Below are positions 1 through 9,600 of a DNA stretch of 54,972 nucleotides, in pieces (position 1 is the stretch's first letter; each line of letters begins with the position of its first letter). The notes beneath the pieces are model-generated. The model ran no database searches. It was not told where the DNA came from and saw only the letters and a program-made list of their open reading frames with translations. Made by a program: the position numbers and the translations under genes. Source of the DNA: Chrysochromulina tobinii (Eukaryota); contig JWZX01003217.1 of assembly GCA_001275005.1 (NCBI GenBank), positions 1-54,972 of the forward strand, read 5' to 3'.

Positions 1-2937
1 CTTCGAACCAGCCCGCCCGGTTCGCGAGCGCCGTCGCGATCGCTGGCGTGCGGTACTCGGCCTCGTTGAGGCCTTGCGCACCCACGAAGGTGCGGAACGT
101 CGTCGAGTTTGCGCTCCACGCTTTCGAGATCTCGTGCAGCTGGGCGGTGGCGCCAGTGGTGGAGGGGGGGGATGGCGGCGGAAGATGCATATGGGGGGTA
201 TGCGTGTGTGGGGCATGGGGGTGATGCGGGTGATGGGGGTGATGCCTATGCAAGAAAAGTCTCCGGTGCTCTCCTGGGACGTGCTTGTGAGCAGCCCGCT
301 CAATGGATGCCGGGTCGGCATCCTGGCTGATGGTCGGGTCGCTTAGGATACCGCTCTTGGGCGAGGCGAATAGCGTTGTAAAGTCGAGGAACGGGGAGAA
401 CAGTTCTCTGCGAGCGCCGGCGCCAGCTGGAGCGCTCCACTCGAGGTCCACGTAGTACCGGAGCGTCGCGCGTTGGATCTGCTCGTGCGGGCGCAGCTGG
501 TTCGGTCCGAGCCCGATGATGTCGGTGAACTGCACGAGCGCCGAGTCATAGTGGCCGACGGAGCTACTTCCGTCCCAAGTTACTACCGAGTCTTGGGCGC
601 CGACGTAGTCGGGGGTGTCCGAGCGGATCCACGTCGACTGGCAGCCGCCCGTGGAGCTCGAGTTCTCGCCGTTGAACACGTACGAAAATGCCGGGGGTGG
701 GGGCGGCGGAAGAGAGGGGCTCGGGGGCGGCGGCGCACGAGGCGGCGGCAGAGAGGGGCTCGGAGGGGGATGAGGCGGGGCGGGCGGAAACGGCGGCGCG
801 GGCGGCGCGTCGAAGTACACCTCGAGCACCGGCTGCTCCGCAACCGTAGCCCAGGCTGCGGTGCGGATGCCGCACCCGTTGCCAAAGTAGGGCACGAAGA
901 TCCAGCCGTGATTGGGCGTGCCCGTGAGCCACCTGTTGACGCTCGGCGTCACGTCGACGGTTTGCGTGGCCACGTTGCCAGCCAGGTCGTTGACGGACGG
1001 GCCCCAGAGCGTCTCGATGACCGCCGCAGAAAAGGGCCAAGGGGGCGTGGGCATCGGCAGGTTGTTGTACGTCACGGTGCTCGCATTCCAGCCGCGGCGG
1101 AACTCGTGCATCTCCGCCTGGTCGCCAACGTTAGACACGGTGTAGCGGAAGAGCGCGCGGGAGATGGGAGCCATGCCAGAGAGCGCGCTCAGGTCGAATC
1201 TCATCAGCACGAAATCGGCATCGGTCCTGCGGGCAAGCAGTGTAGTCAGGGGAGGAGAGGCATGCACACGTGTGAGCACAGGAGCGCATCGACATCGGAT
1301 GAGGCCGTTGGGAGCAGCAGCTCATGCAGCTGAGCCGACCACGTGGGCAGAGAGAAGGGTTTGTGCGCCGGTGGCCGCGCACGCTGAATTTCCGTCCCAG
1401 AAGACCTCGGTGGCGGTGCCGTAGTTGATGTCCGCAGCTATCATGCGCAGCCACGCGTGCTCAGCGTTGCGGATCGTCATGACCGTGAGCGGGGCGCGGG
1501 GCGGCGAGGGCGGCGGCGAGGGCGAGGGCGGCGGCGGCGGCGGCCGCGCGGGCGGCGAGGGCGGCCTGGGCGGCTGCTGCGCCGCGAGCACGACCAGGTT
1601 GACGCGAACGTTTGGCGGCGCGTTGCACGCGCGCATCGAGGAGCCATCGCCAGATCCACCGAGATACTGCGGCGATGGCATCCAGATCCAGCCGTTGTTG
1701 CCGACGCCGTTGACCCAGCTCTGGACGCTCGCCGTCACGTCGATTTCGAACCAGCCCGTCCGATTCGCGAGCGCGGTCGTGATCGCTGGCGTGCGGTACT
1801 CGGCCTCGTTGAGGCCTTGCGCACCCGCAAAGGTGCGGAACGTGGTGGAGTTTGCGCTCCACTCCTTCGAGATCTCGTGCAGCTGGGCGGAGGCGCCCGG
1901 CGCGTTGGCCGAGAATGTTTCGTCCACGTTGTACCGGAGCGTCGCGCGTTGGATGTACTCGTGCGGGCGCAGCTGGTTCGGCCCGGACCCGATGATGTCG
2001 GGGAACTGCACGAGCACCGAGTCGTAGTGGCCGGTGGAGCTGCTCCCGTCCCACCACAGGCCCGTGTCTTGGGCGCCGATGTAGTCGGGGTTGTCGGAGC
2101 GGATCCACGTCGACTGGCAGCCGCCCGTGTAGCTCGAGTTCTCGCCGTTGAACACGTACGAAAATGCCGGGGGGGGGGCGGCTGCGTTGGGGAGGGAGGA
2201 GGAGGCGGCGCCGAAGGCGGCGTCAACGGTTCGAAGTCGAGGTACGGGGTTCGCGAGGCGTCGAGAGAGTTCGTCATCTCAACCCCGACTCCGTTGGTGC
2301 CGCCAGTGGGCAACACGATCCAGCCGTTGTTCACACGGCTACCCGCGAGCCACGCGGCAACCGAGGAGGTCACGTCAAACCTATTCCAGCCAAGGACGCC
2401 TGGGAAGGTTCCGGTGGTTCCACTGGGAACGTTGGTGGGCCTCCACGATGCCGATGCGAATGGGAGGTTGTTCCACGTGACTGTGGACTGTCGAAAGCAG
2501 GGAGGGGCGGAGAGGGACGCGTCAGCGGGAAGGGGTCTCAGCCAGGGTGCCGCACGCGGTTGTGAGGGGAGTGCGCGCGTCTTTGCGGTCGGCGTGCGCA
2601 CCTCACTCCATGGAACGACGAGCTCGCGGAGCGAGGCGTTGTTGCCCGCGTCGGACACAAAGTAGTTGAGCCAGGCGGATTTGCCAGGCACGAGCGTGGC
2701 ACCGACGTAAGAGCGCAAGTCGAACTTGATCAGGAGGGCGGACGTGTCAGTAGTGACGCCTGAGATGACCTGTGTGGCCGAGATCGTCAATGGGCCGTCC
2801 CACCATGCTTGAGTTTCGGTGTTTAAGTTCCAGGTCGGGTAGAGGTTCCTGATGTACGTATCAGAGACGACACTCGGGCCTCTGAGGATCACGCCCGTGG
2901 CCGAGGCCACCAACGCGAGGAAGAGCGTGGCTCTCAT
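1..2937 (-). CDS. Secreted protein with at least 4 tandem DNRLRE (CBM96-like) domains and Pro-rich linkers; 3' end runs off the window
   Basis: Signal-like start MRATLFLALVASATG at 2937. Repeated motifs DTYI..P, LLIKFDL/LMRFDLS, VTWNNLP, DVT.SV..W....N.GW and P.LEV, separated by PPSPPP linkers. Introns 2488-2601 and 1227-1382; apparent 1-nt frameshift in G10 at 2169-2178. The last exon (1226 to 1) is open to the window edge and absent from the ORF track. Confidence 0.75.
1227..1382 (-). other. GT-AG intron (156 nt)
   Basis: TCAGC|GTGCGC...TGCCCGCAG|GACC; removal gives WDGNSA-TDADFVLMRFDL. Confidence 0.8.
2488..2601 (-). other. GT-AG intron (114 nt, in-frame, no stop)
   Basis: GAG|GTGCGC...TTTCGACAG|TCC; removal restores WSE-STVTWNNLP. 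Confidence 0.8.
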
Positions 2938-3329
2938 GAACGCGTGGTGACGTCGTCGATGCGAAAGCGGTGCGGAAAGCCCAAACGCAAACGCCGGTGA
3001 GCCGACGGAGTCTCCGCGAACCTGCGCCGACGGAGATGTCCTTTCGGCAATGGGAGCTTCGAACTCTTCCCATTTGGAAACATCGAGCTCCCCAGTTTTT
3101 TCGACGAACACTGACGGATCCACAGTTTGTACAGTTTGGGATTGTGGCGGCGTGCGAGTGCGTTCGCGAGCCGGTTCGGAGCTGACCGTTTCTCAAAAGC
3201 CCAAAGCCATATTTGCGAAAAGAGCTCAGAATGATACGCGCTGCCGCGCCCGCGCAACGCCTCGACCACGTTTGCGAAAAGGTCGGCTACGTTTGCGAAA
3301 AGGTCAGCTCTGTACGGGCGCGTGCGTCC

Positions 3330-6002
3330 ATGTTCGCAAACGTGCGAGCCGCGGCCGAGAAGGCGGCGGAGAAGATCAAAGAGGAAGCGCAAAGGGCCCA
3401 AGAGAAGCTCAAGGAGGAGTCGCAGAAGGCTGCTGAAAAATGGAAGGAGGAGAGTGGCAAACTGACCGGGAAGCTCAAGGATGGGTCTGAGAAGATGAAG
3501 GCCGGGCTCGCCGAGAAGCTCAAAGAATTGGCGGCTGAAAAGCTTCCCGAGGAGGAGGAGGGAGAGGAGGAGGAGGAGGGAGAGGAGGAGGAAACTGAAG
3601 AGGGCGAGGAGGAGGAGGAGGAGGAAATAGAGGAGGGCTCGAGCACAGCAAGAACTGCACTCCGCCAAATGTACAGCCCGGAGGAGCGTGGAAGTGCAAA
3701 GGAGCTGGCAAAGGAGCTGGCGAAGGAGCTGGCGAAGGAGCAGGATGAGCTGGCGAGCGTGCGTGCACAGCTCGGGCAGGCGCTAGCATCAAAGATGGAC
3801 GCGGAGGCGCAGCTGATGCAAAAGTTGCGCGCTGCACTAAAGGCGAAGGCGGACATGGCGGCGCAACTGATGCAAGTGCGCGTGTCGGCGGTGGTGGCCG
3901 CAAACGCGGCGGCAGCCGCAGACGAGGAGGCGACGATCGAGGCAGCTGTTGCATCCGCGGTGGAGCGGGCGGCGGCGGCGGCGGCGGCAGACAAGGAGGC
4001 GGCGGTGGAGGCGGCGGTGGCGGTGGCGGCAGCGGCAGCTGCGGAAAAGGCATCGTCGGCGGCGGTGGCAGAAAAGGAGGCGGCGGTCCATGAGATGATG
4101 GCCGAGCATGCAAGGGCGCTCGCAGCTGCAGCAGAGGCCTCCGCGGCGGCCGAGGCCAAGGCCAAGGAGTGGGTGGCCGCGGAGTTGAGGACCGCACAGG
4201 AGGCTCACGCGGCGGCGAAGCAAGCGGCCGATGCCACAGGTGAGAAGCTCAGCGAAGCGCTTTCGGCGCTTGGGTCCCTAAAGGAGCTGGCGGAGCAGCA
4301 GAAGGCAGATTTGCAGCGCGCGGCAACGGAGCGAGCCGAGGCGGTGCAGCGGGAGGCGACGCTGCAAGGAGCGCTCGCGGCGCAAGAGGAGGCGATCGAG
4401 ACGGACAGGGCAGCCACGGGCAGCGCGCAGCAGGCGGCAGTGCAGCGTGCGTTGGCGGAGGCGCACGAGAAGGCGGCGGAGCAGCTTCGAGCGTCTGCGG
4501 CGACCCATGAGCAACTGCGCAAGGCCCTAGAAGAGGCGGAGGCGAAGGCAGCGGCCAGCTTGTCGCAGCTCGCCGCAGCAGAGGAGGCGCTCGAGGAGCA
4601 AGCCGCGCAAGAAACGGCGGCTGAAGCGGCGTTGGCCAAGGAGAGGGCGGCGACGGCGGCGGTGCTGGCGGCGGCCGAGGCAAAGGCGCAGGCCTCCATC
4701 GCGCGCGCCTCGCAGCTGGAAGCGAGCCTCGCAGTCGCCCAAGCGGCTGGTGCAAGGCTCGCGGCGGAGGCGAGGCGCGCCAATGAGTCCCTCGAGGTGG
4801 CGACGGCGGACAAGCAGGCTGCGTGGGAGGCGGCGGCGGCGGCGGCGGAGGTAGAGCGCAGCCGGATGGAGGCGGAGCTCGAGGAGCGCAAACAGGCGAT
4901 GCGGACGATGCGGCGGCTCGCGGATGCGCAGATTGCGGAGGCGTCGGAGGCGGTGGCGCAGAAGATGGTGGCGGCGGCGGAGCGTGTACAGGAGCTCGAA
5001 ACGGCATTCAAGGAGGTGGCCAAGGATAAGGCGGCAATGCAGGAGCGTCTAGCGGCGGCCGAGCAGGAAGCGAGCGAGTCCTCGGCGCAGGCGGCACAGC
5101 TTGTGTCCGAGACGGCGCCCTTGCGTGAGCGCGTGGGTGCTCTGCAGGAGGCGGCCGCACAGGTGGCCGCAAGAGCCGCAGCCGAGAAGAGCGCCGCGCT
5201 CGCTGCAGCAGCCGCGCAGAGCGAGGCGGCGCTTGCCGCGGCGGTGGCTGACGCGGTGGCAGCGGAGCGGCAAGCGGCGGCCACCGCCGCCGCTGCAGCG
5301 GCGGCCGCGTACGACCAGCAGAGGGAGGCGGCGGCGGCTGAGGCGGCCCAAGCCCTGGCCTCTGCGGCAGCCGCACACGTGGCGACGCTCGAGGCCGCCC
5401 TAGCGGAGCACAAGGCCGCCACCAGCGCCGCCGCCGAGGCCGCCGTCGAGGCTGCGAAGCAAGACTTCATCGCGAACTCGGCTACGGCTATCGAGGCGGC
5501 TGCCCTGAAGCGGAAGTTGCAAGTGGCTGACGATCGTGAGAGGGCTCTGCGCGAGCGGTTGACAAGCCTCGAGGCGGAGGTAACGGCACGCAGCGCAGCG
5601 ATGGCGACCGCCGAGGCGACTGCGCACGCAGAGAAGAGGGAAAGGGAGCTGCTTCGCGATCGCGTGACCGCGCTCGAGGCCGAGGTGGACCAAGAGCGAA
5701 CGCGCGGAAGGTCGCTGGCCGAGGAGGAGGCCGCCGTCGCGGTCAAGCCGTCTCTGAGCGACTACGTGTCGAGGCTCTTTGCATGCACGCCGTCGCGCGG
5801 CGGCGTGCGCGGCGGGCGCTACTCACGTAGCGGTGTAGCGCTCGCGGATAATGACGGGCTCGATGGGCTTGGCAACCACCCGCTTGCTGCAGCCGGCGCG
5901 AGGGATGGGGCCGAGTCGAGGGCGGAGGGCGAGGCGGAGAGCACTGAAGCTAGGGGCGGCGCCCCACGCCACGTGCCCGTACGTAATGAAACGATGCCGT
6001 GA
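3330..6002 (+). CDS. Ala/Glu-rich long coiled-coil protein, function unknown
   Basis: 929-aa ORF 3213..6002; likely ATG at 3330 (MFANVRAAAEK). Poly-Glu tract followed by heptad-like AAAE/KELA repeats. Confidence 0.65.
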   Translation: MFANVRAAAEKAAEKIKEEAQRAQEKLKEESQKAAEKWKEESGKLTGKLKDGSEKMKAGLAEKLKELAAEKLPEEEEGEEEEEGEEEETEEGEEEEEEEIEEGSSTARTALRQMYSPEERGSAKELAKELAKELAKEQDELASVRAQLGQALASKMDAEAQLMQKLRAALKAKADMAAQLMQVRVSAVVAANAAAAADEEATIEAAVASAVERAAAAAAADKEAAVEAAVAVAAAAAAEKASSAAVAEKEAAVHEMMAEHARALAAAAEASAAAEAKAKEWVAAELRTAQEAHAAAKQAADATGEKLSEALSALGSLKELAEQQKADLQRAATERAEAVQREATLQGALAAQEEAIETDRAATGSAQQAAVQRALAEAHEKAAEQLRASAATHEQLRKALEEAEAKAAASLSQLAAAEEALEEQAAQETAAEAALAKERAATAAVLAAAEAKAQASIARASQLEASLAVAQAAGARLAAEARRANESLEVATADKQAAWEAAAAAAEVERSRMEAELEERKQAMRTMRRLADAQIAEASEAVAQKMVAAAERVQELETAFKEVAKDKAAMQERLAAAEQEASESSAQAAQLVSETAPLRERVGALQEAAAQVAARAAAEKSAALAAAAAQSEAALAAAVADAVAAERQAAATAAAAAAAAYDQQREAAAAEAAQALASAAAAHVATLEAALAEHKAATSAAAEAAVEAAKQDFIANSATAIEAAALKRKLQVADDRERALRERLTSLEAEVTARSAAMATAEATAHAEKRERELLRDRVTALEAEVDQERTRGRSLAEEEAAVAVKPSLSDYVSRLFACTPSRGGVRGGRYSRSGVALADNDGLDGLGNHPLAAAGARDGAESRAEGEAESTEARGGAPRHVPVRNETMP

Positions 6003-6656
6003 GGTGAAACGCAGAGCGTTCCTGTTGCGCGCCATAGGGAATCTGCAGGCTGCTGGACGGTCGCTTTCGGCACAAGGTCAGCGATCATGAGCAGTAGCGA
6101 ATTCTTTGGTGTTCACACGTAACATCTTCGATGTCGACGTGTCCGTAGGCCTTACCGTACAAGAACGGTTGATGGTTGATCCGGTTAGAGTATAGAGCTT
6201 CGAGGATCGAGCGTGTCCCGGTCTTGTCTAGCTGGAGCGGTCGTCGTTACGTACTACTGAGTCGTGAGTCGAGCGTGTACACACCGCCTGTACTGCGGTA
6301 CTCCGCACTGCCATGCGGTGCCTACGCTATACAGTGCAAGTACCGTACTACCGACGAACACAACTAAAGGCGTTCCACGAGCTCGGCTGTAGTACCGAAC
6401 ACGGTCGCTGTTAGTAGGCCGTACACAACTAAAAAACAAGTACGAGTACTAAAAACAAGTATGTACGAGAGCGAGCGAAGGGGGGTTGACGCTGCGCAAC
6501 ACGAGGGGCGGGGAGGTGCCACGAAGGCCGACCGTGAACGGCAGTGGCGTTGCGAGCTGTGTAGCGCGGCGAGCCGGAGAAGCTGGCCGGAAGGCAGCGG
6601 CAGCAGCGCACATAACTCACTAACGTTCATCACGTCGTGCTGGTGCGGCTCGCCGT

Positions 6657-9600
6657 TCACCGACCACGCCCAGGCCACTTAAGCGGCTCGAGCACCGCGG
6701 CCTTGACTAGCTGCTGTGTCTCCTGCTGCTGCCGCTGCTGGTCCGGTGCGGGTGCAGCGCTCACGGGTGCAGCGTTCACCGGTGCGGCGCTCCCCCTCAC
6801 GGGTGCGATGCGCGTGGGATCGAGATCTGCGGGGGATCTGCGGGAGATCTGCGTGGGATCGAGATCTGCGCGCGCCTGCCGGTAGCCCACCTGGGCCGCG
6901 TAGGGGTCGAGGCCGGGCTGGAGGCGAGCAGCAGCAGCGCGACGGTACTCGGCCTCGCGCCGATACTCAGCCTGCTGCCGGACCGCTGCCTGCTCCTGCT
7001 CGAGGCGGAGTATCGCTAGCTGCCTCTCGAAGTGCTCGGCCTCGGCGCGCTCCGCCGCGCTCATGACGCGCGTGGCGCGCTGCACGGCCAGCAGGCTATC
7101 GAGCTGCTCACGCAACCCATCGAGTTGACGCTCCATCACCGGGACACGCGCCGTGTTGAGCGGATCGCGCGCCTCGTCGCCCAACATGGCGCCATGGGTG
7201 GGGCTGTTGAGCGCCGTGATGAGCGCGGATAGCCGCTTGAGCTCCGAGCAGATCTCGTGCAGCGAGATCTCGTGCAGCGTGGCCTGCACGGCGCCCATTG
7301 TCGACTCGAGGGCGCCCACGCGCTCCTCGAGTTCACTGAGCTCCTCGAGCTGCTGCGCATCGTCCGCCGCCGCCGCCGCCGCCGTGCGGCCCATCACGGC
7401 GCCCGGAACAGCGCCCATCACGGCGCCATCACCGTGCGGCGAGGCGGCTGGCCAGCGAGCGCGGGCGAAGACGCCACCTGGCATGCGACGAGTGGCCGCG
7501 GAGCGCGACGCTTCTCGTGCCGCGAGCTTCGACTCCAGTTGGTTAGGGTCGCGAATGCACTTCCGGCCGCAAGACAAGGGGGGAAGTGTCTTGCGGCCGT
7601 TGATGGTCGGAATGGCGCCGTCCCTGGGCACGGGGACGCCCGGGTGAGGAGGAGGTGCAGCCGCAGCGCCCGCGCCGTGCATGCCGCCAAACTCGAGCCG
7701 CGCCTCGAGCATCGCCGAGATCGACTCGAGCTTGTGCGTCACAAGCTGAGCCTCTTCCCGCGACAGCTGGCCGCGCGACGAGAGGCGCCCTGCCTCGCGC
7801 TCCGTGCGCTCCGCGATCGTGCGCTGCATCACGAGGAGCTTTTGGAGCGCGCGCCGCTCGACGGCATTGGCCTCGGGCCGCGTGAAGACGGTGCGCTTGT
7901 CCTGCTCAAAGGGGCGCATGCCGTTGGCCGAGTGCGCGCGGAAGAATCGGCGAGGCGTCTTCGAAATGTCCTCGAGCGACTGCTCACGCACAAGGCGCAG
8001 CCGCGTCTTGAGCTCGGGCGGCCCGGCGGCGGACGTCCCTGTCCTCGGCCCGTCCGCCTTCTCCCCGGAGGCGGCGCGCTGCTGCATCGCCTGTCGAAGG
8101 CGCTGCGCCTCAAGGCTCGCCTGCGCCACGCGCTTCCACGACGCACGGAGACGCGGCCACGTCATCACAAAGTCGATGGGCAGCACGAGCAGGATGAAGG
8201 GCGCGGGGATCGGGTGCTGGAGCAAGAAGACGGCCACCGACAGCGCCTTGTTCATATTCATGTGCTCACGCGACGCGTCGACGACCTCCGAGTAGCGTGC
8301 GTTGAACATGGCGATCAGCAAGTTGACGAAGAGGATGAGGACGAGCAGGCAGTAGAGCCACAGGAAGAAGGGCGCGACCAGGGCGCTGCCCGGGGAGCCG
8401 GCGATCTCGGCCGGGTTGAAGTAGCCAAAGGTAGCCCAAAAGGGGGCGAAGAAGGGCCCCGCGGCTGATACATCGAGCTCCTGGTTGAACCAAGGGTGGA
8501 GCGGACCCGCGCCATGCTCGGACTGGTAGTGGGGCAGCAGCAGGTTGAGCGCGACGCCGAAGCCCGATCCGATCACGATGACGAGCGGCAGCCAGAAGCG
8601 CAGATCGTACGCCATGCGAGAGGCGGCGATGATCAGCGCGCCGAGCGTCTCCGAGACGGAGAAGATCTCGGTCAGGCTGAAGAAGATGGGGAGCGCGGCG
8701 ATCGCGAGCAGCGTGCGCAGCACCTCGGTCGCCACCGTCCAACCGCAGTTGCCCGCTGGCGCGCCGTGCTGCCAGCCGCCGCCGTGCTGCAGGAAGTAGT
8801 GCTCGCTCTGCGACTGGCCGGGCAGGCTGTCATGGCGTGCACGGATCCGCCCGTCGGCGCGCAGGTCGAGGAACGCGATCAGATCGGTCGCCTCGGCTGC
8901 GGTCAGAGATGCAAAAGGGTCGCCACGCCGAAACCAGAGAGCGCAAGCGAAGAATGCGAGGAGCGAGACGATCGTGAGCGCATCAACCCACTTGTACACG
9001 CTGTACTTGCGACCCCATCCTTGGACCGTGGCGACGAAGAGGGCGAGCTGGTATGCCTTGGCGACGACCCAGATGAAGAGCACCAGGTGTGCCGTGTACA
9101 GGGGCTGGCAGAGCGGCAGAAAGGAGACCCACACGAAGAGGCCGGTGAACGCGTAGTGTGAGACCATGTCGAGCACGCGCTTGACGAGAGGGATTTGCAG
9201 CAGCCCAACGAGATGCTCGTACCGGTGCACCCGCATCGTGAGCACGTGCCCTTTTGCGGTAGGGTCGAACCCCTGCCGGGTGTGCCGTGCACCTTCCTCG
9301 GCGATGGGCCGGATGGGCCACCGGTATAGATCGTTGAGCTCCGTCCAGATCCACGGCCAGTGGATGGGGAAGAAGAGGAGCTGCCAGATCAGGCCGAGCA
9401 CGAGCGTGAGGGGCGCGCTATGCTTCGTGCGCAGCATGATGCGCCCGCACGCGGCCGAGCGCCCATTCCACATCTCCTCGACGAGCGCCTGGCAGTACCG
9501 ATGCGAGATGAACTTCTTGTTCTCAAGCTCGACCGCGACCTCGAAGAGGGACGAGCGCCGGTGGCGCGTACCCAGCTCGGCCGAGTCGCCCTCTGAGGTG

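Noticed and set aside
149..426. Transposon or intron suggested by the 8-nt direct repeat
   Set aside because: No terminal inverted repeats and no GT-AG ends; it stays in frame and encodes a coherent peptide, so it is treated as a coding insert.
3287..5746. Long antisense ORFs (292 and 513 aa) and similar overlapping ORFs across the window
   Set aside because: Shadow frames of GC-rich, low-complexity genes with no recognisable motifs.
6100..6480. GTAC-rich spacer with ACAACTAAA/AAAACAAGTA repeats
   Set aside because: Consistent with the 3' ends of convergent genes; no defined element boundaries.
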